40,155 nucleotides of DNA from a virus, in IMG/VR virus record IMGVR_UViG_3300010042_000007, positions 1-40,155 of that record, one strand, 5' to 3'. This document shows, one piece after another, positions 26,007 to 34,541 of this stretch (the first letter of the stretch is position 1; every line of letters starts with the position of its first letter). Position numbers and translations under genes: made by a program. Under the pieces are notes generated by a model. It did not search any database. It was not told the DNA's origin and was given only the letters and a program-made list of their open reading frames with translations.

Positions 26007-26507
26007 TTACGAGCGGGTGAAAATAAGGAGACAGCAACCAAAGGGGGGGCGTGAGTTCGGTTTAACATCGGTCTCGCCGGGGTTCAGGAATCTCATGCGG
26101 CCTGGCAGAAACTCCAAGGTGAGCGGTGAACCACATCGGTCTCGCCGGGGTTCAACGTATTTCTGCCACCAGTTTTGTTCTGTCCGGTTTGCGGGCAGAA
26201 GCATGACGATGAGTGGAGCGGATGTTTCAGCCCATGCCTTTTCAACCCATGGCGTGATGTCGCTGAACGGAGGATTGCAATAAACCCGCTCTCCGGACCA
26301 TGAAGCATTCAGGCCGGAATTTTCCATGGAGTAAAAGCGATCGAGCTTTCGATTATGTGCCGCGGCCGCCACATCGATCGTGAAGTTGAATCTTTCGTTG
26401 AGCTTGGCGAAGTCCGCTTCAGGAAGAGCGCGGTCATCGACTTCGTTTTTTACGCCAGCGAGAAAGGTCTGCTGCGGGTGGTTTTGTGCTTTGAATCCTA
26501 AGAGCAT
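26007..26507 (-). CDS. dam: phage-type N6-adenine DNA methyltransferase (Dam-like)
   Basis: 166 aa. FTIDVAAAAHNRKLDRFYS...VYCNPPFSDITPWVEKA...VMLLPANRTEQNWW matches the phage N-6-adenine methyltransferase family (NPPF catalytic motif). Confidence 0.75.
   Translation of the reverse strand: MLLGFKAQNHPQQTFLAGVKNEVDDRALPEADFAKLNERFNFTIDVAAAAHNRKLDRFYSMENSGLNASWSGERVYCNPPFSDITPWVEKAWAETSAPLIVMLLPANRTEQNWWQKYVEPRRDRCGSPLTLEFLPGRMRFLNPGETDVKPNSRPPFGCCLLIFTRS
26065..26086. repeat. 22-bp exact direct repeat, copy 1 (ACATCGGTCTCGCCGGGGTTCA)
   Basis: Identical to 26133-26154. Imperfect similarity extends about 14 bp further upstream on the plus strand. Lies inside the dam 3-prime end. Confidence 0.9.
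26133..26154. repeat. 22-bp exact direct repeat, copy 2
   Basis: Identical to 26065-26086, offset 68 bp (not a multiple of 3). Confidence 0.9.
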
Positions 26508-26509
26508 AA

Positions 26510-28351
26510 TTAAAAGGGAAGGTCGGTTTCGGTTGGCTGTGCTGCGGTCTCTATCGTTGCGGGCGGTGAATCGTTGGGTGAAAGGGCGAAAACTCGGGCG
26601 GCTTTGCTGAACCAGAGTTTCCGGCGGGGCCAGTCACCGGTCAGGCGCTGTTTCCACACGATGAACATGCCATCGTGGAGAGCCTTGGCCTTCTCATCGT
26701 CGGGGTTTTCTTCCAGTGCCTCGCCCTTGGCCGCGTGGCGCCAGATGGTGATGCCATTGTCCACCGGCTTGATGATCCCGCCCGATCCTTCCACGTCCCC
26801 CATGGCGGGGATTTCCTTGTTCCCCTTTTTCCCGAGGGAGTGACAGACCACGGCGGAATGCACGTTCTTCAGCGTGTCGAACTCACAGACCGCCCGCATG
26901 AACTCGTCCTGCCCCTGATAGTCCTCCTTCTCGACAAGGAAATGGAGGGAATCGATGACGAAGCGGGACACGTTCCAACGGGCCTGTGCATACTCGAAAT
27001 CCGCCAGCAACTCCTTGCCCGTGGTCTTCTCCTTTGGGCAGAACCAGAACAAGCGCTCGTCCAGCCAATCAAGGCCGCGGTCCATATCTTCCTCGCTGGT
27101 GATTTCATGGCCGATCAACTGCCAGATGATGATCTCAAGCATCCGCTGGGGCGGGATTTCAAAGGAGGCGATGCAGACCTTGCGCCCGCATTTCATCTCC
27201 GAGAGGTGGGACTGATAGAGGAAATCGCTTTTTCCGTGCCCTGGCAGGCCTGAGATGATCGTAGTTTCCCCGTCGCGGTAGGCGAAGGGGACGGAGGGGA
27301 ACAAGAAATCGTTGGTGTTGCCCTTGGTCTGCCGCTGGCGGAGGGAGTCGGCCAACTCACGGCGGAAGGACCGGCATGAGCGGAGGGTGGGTGGGTCGTA
27401 AGAGGTGGCGGCGGCGAACCACGCCACCACGTCAAGGGACTCGTCGGTGCATTCGGTGAGGAACTGGTTCGCGTCCTTGAACGGCGAGGGCGGCTTGATG
27501 CGGAAGCACCGGGCCTGGCCGAGGCGCTTCGCCATCTCCACGGCACACTTCTCGCCGGCATCGTCGGCATCGGTGCAGATGTAAATTTTCTCGAAGCGTT
27601 GGAGGGTGTCGAAATCGTTCTCGATCCAAGTGAGATTTGAGGAGCCGGCGGGGAGGGAGAGGACGGGGAACCCCGGGTTCAACTGATGCACGCTCATGGC
27701 GTCGTATTCGCCTTCCGTGATGACGATCGCACGGTCTGACGGCTGCACGGTCCACCATCCCCAGAGCGTGTAATAGGGGGCGGTGGTCCATGTATCCTTC
27801 TTCCCGTCCGCATTGGTCTTGATCCCCGTGGACTTCAGCATCACCGGATCGCCGGCCGGACAATCGAACTGGAAGGCAACGAAGTCGGTGTTGTGCTCGG
27901 ACGGGCGCTTGTGCGACCGGATGCGGTAGGTCTTCAGCGTGTCCTTGGTCAGGGCGCGGCCGGTGAGGTAGTCGAGGACCGGTTTGGAAATGCGGCCATC
28001 TGCGGACATGCCCGAGGTGTCGGGCGCCGGCGGCTTCTGCTTGGGCTTCGGGCGCTCGATCTGGGTGACGCCGAGCCACTGGCAGATGTTGGGGAAGGCG
28101 TCCTTGAAGGTCTCGCCCTTCACCCGACACCAGAGCTCGATCAGGTCGCCCTTGTCGCCCGTGGATGCATAATCCTGCCAGAGCCCCGCCGACGATCCCC
28201 GCAACGCCACGGAAAGGCTCTTGCCGGCCTCCCCGTTGATGGAGCCAACCCGAAACTCGGGTCCGATCACCTTGCCCGCTGGGAGCAAATAGTGACAGAA
28301 GGCTTCAACTTGGGCGATCAGGCGGGGTTTGATGTCGGCGGCGTTAATCAT
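26510..28351 (-). CDS. bifunctional DNA primase/helicase (Toprim plus DnaB/gp4-like)
   Basis: I prefer Met 28351 (MINAADIKPRL). Toprim motif AIVITEGEYDAMS, Walker A SGLPGHGKSD, Walker B RFVIDSLHFL. Confidence 0.8.
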   Translation of the reverse strand: MINAADIKPRLIAQVEAFCHYLLPAGKVIGPEFRVGSINGEAGKSLSVALRGSSAGLWQDYASTGDKGDLIELWCRVKGETFKDAFPNICQWLGVTQIERPKPKQKPPAPDTSGMSADGRISKPVLDYLTGRALTKDTLKTYRIRSHKRPSEHNTDFVAFQFDCPAGDPVMLKSTGIKTNADGKKDTWTTAPYYTLWGWWTVQPSDRAIVITEGEYDAMSVHQLNPGFPVLSLPAGSSNLTWIENDFDTLQRFEKIYICTDADDAGEKCAVEMAKRLGQARCFRIKPPSPFKDANQFLTECTDESLDVVAWFAAATSYDPPTLRSCRSFRRELADSLRQRQTKGNTNDFLFPSVPFAYRDGETTIISGLPGHGKSDFLYQSHLSEMKCGRKVCIASFEIPPQRMLEIIIWQLIGHEITSEEDMDRGLDWLDERLFWFCPKEKTTGKELLADFEYAQARWNVSRFVIDSLHFLVEKEDYQGQDEFMRAVCEFDTLKNVHSAVVCHSLGKKGNKEIPAMGDVEGSGGIIKPVDNGITIWRHAAKGEALEENPDDEKAKALHDGMFIVWKQRLTGDWPRRKLWFSKAARVFALSPNDSPPATIETAAQPTETDLPF

Positions 28352-28412
28352 GGACGTGACTGGAAAAAAGGGTTGCCCCGCTATTACGCGAACGAGGCGG
28401 CGCGGTTGCGGG

Positions 28413-28952
28413 TTAACCTTCGGTGCCGGGAAGCTGTTCCTGTTTGCCGTCCTCGGGCTCGGAACGCTTCTGTTCCTCGGATTCGAGGGGAAGCGTGCCT
28501 TGGGCGCGTTCGCCACGGAGGTATTTCTCAGCCTCCTCAAGGACTTCCTCGATCAGGGCGATGTGTTTGTCCGAGTAGGGGACGGAAACCGCGCCTTCCT
28601 TGGTGGGCGGGTCCATGTAACGGGCCGGCACGGTGATGTTGAACGGCGCTGGCGTGTCGATGGTCTTGACCGCGGTGATCATCGCCAGGCGGGACTCGCC
28701 TTTGACAGTGATGTAGAGGCCGGTGATGCGGAGCGGGAAACCCGGCTCCTTGTCGCCCTCGGTCGGCTTCTTGCCGGCGTAGGACTTGGGAAGCTGAAGG
28801 GTTTCGAGGACCAGCGGGATCAGCGCGTCCATCGCCTTGTAGAGCGAGGGGAGCGGCTTGTCGTCGTGGTCGAGGGTGGCATCACCGAGTTCTTTCGTGT
28901 GATAGCCGATGCCAACGCTGGTGCGTGACACTTTGACGGATTTGATGGGCAT
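28413..28952 (-). CDS. hypothetical protein (acidic C-terminus; possible recombination partner of the adjacent nuclease)
   Basis: 179-aa ORF between the nuclease and the primase. No family recognised. Confidence 0.55.
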   Translation of the reverse strand: MPIKSVKVSRTSVGIGYHTKELGDATLDHDDKPLPSLYKAMDALIPLVLETLQLPKSYAGKKPTEGDKEPGFPLRITGLYITVKGESRLAMITAVKTIDTPAPFNITVPARYMDPPTKEGAVSVPYSDKHIALIEEVLEEAEKYLRGERAQGTLPLESEEQKRSEPEDGKQEQLPGTEG

Positions 28953-28992
28953 GTTGGGTGGATGTTTTGGATTCTGCCTTGATGGCGGAAAG

Positions 28993-29874
28993 TTAAGCGG
29001 CGGCCGTGGGGTTGTAGCCCTTCACGAACTGCCACACTTTGCAGAGCGAGGCGAAAGCCGTGTAAGCGGCTGCGATTTCTTCGGGTGAATACCACACGGC
29101 ATCGATGCGTCCGGGCTCCGTGGTGGAGATGAACAGATTGAAGCCTGCGGTCTGGCCCGTGACTCCCGTGGCGCTGAAGTGAGCGCCGTGATAGGCGGCA
29201 ATCTGCATCACCTGAGTATCATAGGCCTTCACGGGTTTGCCCGGTTTGGTCTTGCGGGTCTTCCAGTCACCGAAACCCCGCCCCCTCGGGCATTCCATCG
29301 GAAGGTCGCCGGTGCCGGCATACCCGTGCTTCATGCAGGTCAGGCGAACCTCATGCCCCAGCGGGACAATCTTGTTCTCCTTCACGAACTGCTCGATCGG
29401 GGAAATGAAGCACGAAAGCGGGAAGGTCGCCTTCAATTCGGGGAGGAACACGGGTTGATCGTGGTCGTAGTTGAGCCCCTGAAGCGCGAGCTCCGCGCCT
29501 TTGTGGATCAACTCGCCGGCATCGGCCGCGTGTTCGACCTGCATCATCGACTTCTCAACGAGGTCATCGTGGAGGGCGTCGGGATCGGTGCCGAGGATGT
29601 CCTTGATCGCGTGGGCAATGTCGGCATCCGAGCGGGTGGGGGCGTTGATGATTTCGAGGCGGTGGCGGAATTCCTTGGTGAGTTGTTCCAGCTTCCAGTC
29701 GGTCAACTGGGGCTTGTCCAAGATTCCGAGGATGCCCGTCACCGATGGCAACAGGTTGAGCTTGCGGGCGTCGGCGAGGGTGGTCGGGCGCGTGTCGCCG
29801 GGACGGGATTTGACGGGCTGGGTGTGGCACGATTTGCCGTCGCGCTGATACCAGTGCCCTGATTCTTTAGCCAT
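28993..29874 (-). CDS. PD-(D/E)XK family exonuclease (RecB/Cas4-like fold)
   Basis: I prefer Met 29874 (MAKESGHWYQ). HGYAGTGDL ... FGDWKTRK resembles the D...(D/E)xK active-site arrangement. Confidence 0.6.
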   Translation of the reverse strand: MAKESGHWYQRDGKSCHTQPVKSRPGDTRPTTLADARKLNLLPSVTGILGILDKPQLTDWKLEQLTKEFRHRLEIINAPTRSDADIAHAIKDILGTDPDALHDDLVEKSMMQVEHAADAGELIHKGAELALQGLNYDHDQPVFLPELKATFPLSCFISPIEQFVKENKIVPLGHEVRLTCMKHGYAGTGDLPMECPRGRGFGDWKTRKTKPGKPVKAYDTQVMQIAAYHGAHFSATGVTGQTAGFNLFISTTEPGRIDAVWYSPEEIAAAYTAFASLCKVWQFVKGYNPTAAA

Positions 29875-29893
29875 GGGATGGGTGTTTGGTGGG

Positions 29894-30328
29894 TTACTGA
29901 CCTGCGAGCTTCTTCCAGTGAGCAATCACGTCAGGATGTGCGCTGTGGGTTTCGGCGAGTTTGAGGGCGGCCTGTTCAGCGAGGAATGGCTTCCAGCTTT
30001 CCAGTGCTTCGTTCAGCCGGCCGGGAAGATCGTATTGGGGATAAAGCGCATCCTCGCCTTTCAGGAGGATGAACGGGCCCTTGATCATTCGAGTCCGGCG
30101 GAGAATATCGAGGTCGGCACAGGAGGCTTGAAAGCCGGTGACGCCTTGCTTCGACGCGACGAAGTTGAACGCAGCGGTGGCGACCATGCTCATAGCATAA
30201 ACGCAAGTGCCGTAGTCGTGTTCCCGTTCGGTCAAAGAGCTGATGTATTCGATCAACTCGGCAATGGTCTGGGGCGATGGAACGGTTTCCTCGCGCATTT
30301 CCTTTTCTGTGGTAGCAGTGGATTTCAT
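29894..30328 (-). CDS. hypothetical protein
   Basis: 144-aa ORF in the operon. No motif recognised. Confidence 0.55.
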   Translation of the reverse strand: MKSTATTEKEMREETVPSPQTIAELIEYISSLTEREHDYGTCVYAMSMVATAAFNFVASKQGVTGFQASCADLDILRRTRMIKGPFILLKGEDALYPQYDLPGRLNEALESWKPFLAEQAALKLAETHSAHPDVIAHWKKLAGQ

Positions 30329-30366
30329 TTTGGTGATTCTTTAATTTGTGAATTTGCAGGTGCGGA

Positions 30367-31092
30367 TCAGAATGGCACGTCCTCATCAAGTGGTCCTTCA
30401 GTGGAGAAGGCTTGGCCGTTATCTCCACCCGTGTTGCGAGTCGGCTCAGGCTCAGGTTCAGGCTCGGGAGCCGGTTCCGGCTGGCGCTTGGTGGAAGGCT
30501 CGGCAAGGTTGCCGGCTTCGAGGTAGGCGGAGACGCGGATGATGTCGGACGCCAGCGTGTGCAGGTCCTTGCCAAACTCGGGCGTCGAGAAATACGAAAT
30601 GGGGTTGTCGTATTCTTTGATGATCCCGATGGCCTGATTGATCGCCATGCCAACGGTGGCGCCGTTGATGGGCTTCTTGGCGCCAGTCGCGGCGGGACGC
30701 TGTTGCTGGCCGGCGGCGGGGCGTTGCTGTTGACCAGCGGGCTTGCCAGCACCGGCGGCGGGCGCGGCGCCGACGACGTTGATCGTGGCTTTGTCGCCCA
30801 CAGTCAGCTTCAGGTTGCCCTTGTATTCTTCCAGCTTCATGCCCTGGCCGGAGAACCGGCAGACTTTGCCTTGCTTGGCGGGGATTCCGTTCATCCAGAA
30901 CGTGGCATCCAGCGTGATGTTGCTGGCGTGCGGGTCTTGGAGGGTGGCGATGAAGTAGGCCTTGTTGGTCTTGGTGGTCTTGGCTTGGACGTTGGTGACG
31001 ATGGCTTCAAAGTCCTCGTTGATCCAGGTGGGGTTGTCTTTGTCGCCGGCGGTCATCTCGGTGATTTGTCCGAGGGTGATGATGTTGCTCAT
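30367..31092 (-). CDS. single-stranded DNA-binding protein-like
   Basis: 241 aa with an OB-like N-terminal half, a Gln/Pro/Ala linker with duplicated PAAGQQQR, a (PE)n tract, and the C-terminal tip LDEDVPF, which resembles the bacterial SSB acidic tail (DDDIPF). Confidence 0.6.
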   Translation of the reverse strand: MSNIITLGQITEMTAGDKDNPTWINEDFEAIVTNVQAKTTKTNKAYFIATLQDPHASNITLDATFWMNGIPAKQGKVCRFSGQGMKLEEYKGNLKLTVGDKATINVVGAAPAAGAGKPAGQQQRPAAGQQQRPAATGAKKPINGATVGMAINQAIGIIKEYDNPISYFSTPEFGKDLHTLASDIIRVSAYLEAGNLAEPSTKRQPEPAPEPEPEPEPTRNTGGDNGQAFSTEGPLDEDVPF

Positions 31093-31189
31093 GATGTGTC
31101 TCTGATGGGTGTTGATTTACTGAGGGAAATGTATCTGTCTTCGAACGGACTCCGTGACTGGAATCCAATCGTGGTCCGCTCTCGCGCCT

Positions 31190-31489
31190 TTATCGGCGGG
31201 GAGCGGTCTTTTTTTGGGCAAGACCGGCCTTCTGGCTTTTGGTCTGTTTGTGGTAAGTGCGGGTCACGGGATCATATCCGGCTTCAACGGCCATTGTGAC
31301 CAGTCGGTCAAGCAAGACGCCGTAGCTGATGTTTTTCCCGTGCCACTCTGCCAATTGGGCGAGGGTATGCGCGTCAACGAATGGGCCGTTGCAGAGGCGC
31401 AGGCGCTTTTCATCCCCCATTTGGCGGTTGTGTTGCTTCACCGGAGGAGCGGGAAGCGGCGCGTTGATAGGATTCTCTGTGGAGCTCAT
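31190..31489 (-). CDS. hypothetical protein
   Basis: 99-aa ORF with an ATGA overlap with the small ORF upstream. Confidence 0.5.
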   Translation of the reverse strand: MSSTENPINAPLPAPPVKQHNRQMGDEKRLRLCNGPFVDAHTLAQLAEWHGKNISYGVLLDRLVTMAVEAGYDPVTRTYHKQTKSQKAGLAQKKTAPRR

Positions 31490-31659
31490 TCGATTCGATA
31501 TTTGGATTTGAGGGCGGAAAGGGAGTCCTTGTCCTTGCGGGTGAAGGAACGAAGGAGGGAGAGGCGGGTGGCCTCGGTCTTGTCGGCGCGGTTCAGCTTG
31601 GCGTTTCCGGCAAGGGCCGTGGCATCGCCGGCAAGGTCGAAGTGGGTGACGGGTTTCAA
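31486..31659 (-). CDS. small hypothetical protein (57 aa, TTG start)
   Basis: Not in the ORF track (under 60 aa). TTG 31659 overlaps the upstream stop (TTGA), and its own stop overlaps the next ATG (ATGA). Translation reads LKPVTHFDLAGDATALAGNAKLNRADKTEATRLSLLRSFTRKDKDSLSALKSKYRIE. Confidence 0.35.
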   Translation of the reverse strand: MKPVTHFDLAGDATALAGNAKLNRADKTEATRLSLLRSFTRKDKDSLSALKSKYRIE

Positions 31660-31862
31660 GCGGGTTTGCCCTCCTCGCCCTCGGCGGGGCAGAACTGGCG
31701 GTGAGCGTCGGTCAGGATCGCCTCGATCGGCGTTACCATGGCGGCGAAGTGGGTGGCGGGCTCTTCGTGGACACCGGCGGCGGTGTGCTCGGAGTGGAAG
31801 ATTCGCGTGCCGTCAGGCAGTTGAACCGATGCGGTGATTGTGATTTTGGTCTTGGTGGACAT
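31656..31862 (-). CDS. small hypothetical protein
   Basis: I prefer the internal Met 31862 (MSTKTKITITASVQLPDG...), 1 nt after the upstream stop. 68 aa. Confidence 0.45.
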   Translation of the reverse strand: MSTKTKITITASVQLPDGTRIFHSEHTAAGVHEEPATHFAAMVTPIEAILTDAHRQFCPAEGEEGKPA

Positions 31863-31863
31863 G

Positions 31864-32007
31864 TTAGCGGGAAATGAAGTGGTTGATGACGGCAAGGCGG
31901 ACGGCCTTGGTTTGGGAACGGCGCTCGCGTTGGAGGCGGAGCCACCGGCAATGATCGCGGAAGGCAATGATGCCCTCGAAGAAGTCCATGAAGTGGGGAG
32001 GGTTCAT
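31864..32007 (-). CDS. small hypothetical protein
   Basis: I prefer the internal Met 32007 (MNPPHFMDFFEGIIAFRDHCRW...), which forms an ATGA overlap with the upstream mini-gene. 47 aa. Confidence 0.4.
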   Translation of the reverse strand: MNPPHFMDFFEGIIAFRDHCRWLRLQRERRSQTKAVRLAVINHFISR

Positions 32008-32162
32008 GAGGTTCGATTTAAGGCCCGCAAGAGGATGGCGGTGATTAAGCATTGGAAGCAGAGGTAAAGTGCGGTCCAATCCTCGTTGACGGCGGCAATT
32101 CCAAAGTGAGCGCCGGCCAAGAATGATAAGACCCATGTAAATGCGGTGAGGAGGGTTTTCAT
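32004..32162 (-). CDS. small two-TM membrane protein (52 aa)
   Basis: Not in the ORF track. ATG 32162 forms an ATGA overlap with the upstream stop. Translation MKTLLTAFTWVLSFLAGAHFGIAAVNEDWTALYLCFQCLITAILLRALNRTS has two hydrophobic helices. Confidence 0.45.
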   Translation of the reverse strand: MKTLLTAFTWVLSFLAGAHFGIAAVNEDWTALYLCFQCLITAILLRALNRTS

Positions 32163-33058
32163 CGGACGGAGGTTTTAGCTTCCTTCCAGTGGCGGACGCC
32201 AGGGAGGGACTGACCCTCGGGGAGCGTCTTCAACTGGGCTTTGATGGCGGCGGTGTTCGGCTGAAGGAGTACCATCCCCGGGAATGCCTCGTAAAGTTTC
32301 TGGATGTCCGTGACCTCGAACTTCACCTCCGAGCGGAGGGCGAGACCGTCCAGCTTGGGAGCGGTAGCCAAGGACACGGCGGTGTTTTGCGCAGCCATGT
32401 CCTTCTGTGCCTGGGCGCGTTCACGATCCGACTTCTCCTGTGCCAGCTTGCGGGCTTCTTCAGCGGCAGCGGCTTCTTTCTCGGCCTGAGCACGGCGTTC
32501 ATCGGCTTCCTTCTGAAGCTGTGCCTGACGTTCGGCGGAACGGGCGCGATTGGCCTTGGCCTCGAGCTCCGCGGCTTCACGGGCGGCCTTCTCCTGTGCC
32601 TCGCGGGCTTTGCGGGCCTCGGCTTCAGCGGCCTCACGGGCAAGGCGCTCTTTCTCTTCGGCCTCCTTGCGAATACGCTCCTGTTCCTCGAAGGCCTTGC
32701 GGCGCGTCTCTTCTTCGATCCGGCGCTGTTCAGCCTGGAAGGTGGCAATCAGGCCGCCGATGCGGGTCTCTTCCGCTTGAAGCTCTTTGACCAGTTCAGC
32801 GGCGACCGCATCAACACGCTTCCCGAGGTCCAGAACCGGCGCCTTCACAGACGCACGGGTGGATTCGATCAGGCGGGTGAAGGTTTTGATTTCCTTCAGG
32901 ATTTCGCCGGCCGCCTGGGCAGAGGCAGCACCGGCGATGGAAGTGCCGCGGCGGGCACGGACGAGGAGGCCGTCACGATGGACGATAGCGGCTTCCGATG
33001 GGGTGATCTTGGCGGCATCAAGGCCGGCAAGGACGAGCAGTTCGGTTGTGGTGGACAT
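32159..33058 (-). CDS. coiled-coil protein
   Basis: 299 aa with a central 110-aa Glu/Arg/Lys/Ala-rich coiled coil and a C-terminal beta-like domain (EVKFEVTDIQKLYEAFPGMVLL). Confidence 0.6.
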   Translation of the reverse strand: MSTTTELLVLAGLDAAKITPSEAAIVHRDGLLVRARRGTSIAGAASAQAAGEILKEIKTFTRLIESTRASVKAPVLDLGKRVDAVAAELVKELQAEETRIGGLIATFQAEQRRIEEETRRKAFEEQERIRKEAEEKERLAREAAEAEARKAREAQEKAAREAAELEAKANRARSAERQAQLQKEADERRAQAEKEAAAAEEARKLAQEKSDRERAQAQKDMAAQNTAVSLATAPKLDGLALRSEVKFEVTDIQKLYEAFPGMVLLQPNTAAIKAQLKTLPEGQSLPGVRHWKEAKTSVR

Positions 33059-33061
33059 GGC

Positions 33062-33688
<627 letters not shown>

Positions 33689-33698
33689 TGGAGGGAAA

Positions 33699-33953
33699 TT
33701 ATTTGGAGCGGAGCGCCCATTCGCGGGCACGGGCAATGGCCTTGGAGAGTTCGTCGTCGTTGAGGGCAGAGGCGCCGATACCGCCGAGGAGGTGGAACAG
33801 CATGGAGCTCGCTTCGGATTCGGTGAGGCGGGCGGCAAGCGTGGTGGAGACTTGTTCTTCGATTTTGAGATTTGCGGGCATGGGAGTGGAGGGATGGGTG
33901 AGGAGGTGGCCGGCGCGGATCGCTTCAGCGAACGGCTGGAACAGGGAGGACAT
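33699..33953 (-). CDS. hypothetical early protein
   Basis: 84-aa ORF, second gene of the leftward operon. Confidence 0.5.
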   Translation of the reverse strand: MSSLFQPFAEAIRAGHLLTHPSTPMPANLKIEEQVSTTLAARLTESEASSMLFHLLGGIGASALNDDELSKAIARAREWALRSK

Positions 33954-33959
33954 GGCCGT

Positions 33960-34244
33960 TCAGTCGGTCGCTTTGGCGATGGCGGCGCGGGCTGACATGA
34001 TGGGTTGGGATGCCCCATTGATACCGCATGATGTGAGTAGCTCCTCACATGATTTGAGCGCGGCCAGCAACTCAGGCGCGGCGGCAATCAGGCGGGCATC
34101 TTGATCGGACGGGCAGAATGGGGCCTCAACCGCCGTCATGACGTGCTCGCTGTGATTAGAACGGCAAGCGAGTAGCTGACGGCCTTCCCATTGCCATGGG
34201 CCGGATGTGTGCGCTGCGATAGCAGGCGCGGAAGGATTGGACAT
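33960..34244 (-). CDS. hypothetical early protein
   Basis: I prefer the internal Met 34244 (MSNPSAPAIAAHTSGPWQWEG...DARLIAAAPELLAALKSCEELL). 94 aa, first gene of the leftward operon. Confidence 0.55.
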   Translation of the reverse strand: MSNPSAPAIAAHTSGPWQWEGRQLLACRSNHSEHVMTAVEAPFCPSDQDARLIAAAPELLAALKSCEELLTSCGINGASQPIMSARAAIAKATD

Positions 34245-34411
34245 AGGTTGTGACTGGAATCGTGGTTGAAACTGACATCGGACCGAGTTCGTGACGCTCG
34301 CCGATGGAGAAGGAGATGGGGTCAAGCGCAGGCGTCTGCAAGGATAAAGCGCAGGCGGTTGAAAAATAGTTTCTACTTCCCTCTGAAAACAGGCCGTGCA
34401 TGGTGGCTGAC
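34245..34411. promoter_or_regulatory. divergent control region (early leftward promoter and promoter of the tRNA-like gene expected here)
   Basis: Non-coding gap between divergent units. It contains an AT-rich patch TTGAAAAATAGTTTCTACTT (34359-34378), with TTGAAA as a possible -35. I could not find a convincing -10. Confidence 0.35.
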
Positions 34412-34494
34412 GCGGCATTACCTCAGATGGTTAGAGGGGAGTTTGGTGAGCAATCACGGGGCTCAAGTCGGGGGTTCGAGTCCCTCATGCTGCA
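34412..34494 (+). ncRNA. tRNA-like RNA with alanine identity marks and no anticodon loop
   Basis: 7-bp acceptor stem GCGGCAU/AUGCUGC with a G3:U70 wobble. U8. D arm CCUC-AGAUGGUUA-GAGG. G26. 26-nt helix capped by GCAA (34439-34464). Variable loop AAGUC. T arm GGGGG-UUCGAGU-CCCUC. Discriminator A. No CCA encoded. Confidence 0.6.
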
Positions 34495-34541
34495 ACTTTT
34501 TCCTTGAACCCGCGCACGGGGTTTGCAGAGTGATCCCATCC

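Noticed and set aside
26001-26009. DnaA-box-like 9-mers (TGTGGATTA here, TTATCCAAA at 35313-35321) as a phage origin.
   Set aside because: These are single, isolated, one-mismatch hits found by eye. There is no cluster and no adjacent AT-rich unwinding element.
30441-30480. GGCTCA/GGTTCA hexamer repeats, and the duplicated 24-bp unit at 30691-30740.
   Set aside because: They simply encode the (PE)n and PAAGQQQR linker repeats of the SSB-like protein. No independent DNA-level role is evident.
31154-31175. GTGACTGGAATC(CAATC)GTGGT upstream of the SSB-like gene resembles GTGACTGGAATCGTGGT at 34250-34266, upstream of the first early gene. This could be an early promoter or operator motif.
   Set aside because: The exact match is only 12 bp plus 5 bp with a gap, and dozens of 12-mer coincidences are expected in 40 kb. 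Two copies are not enough to call a motif.
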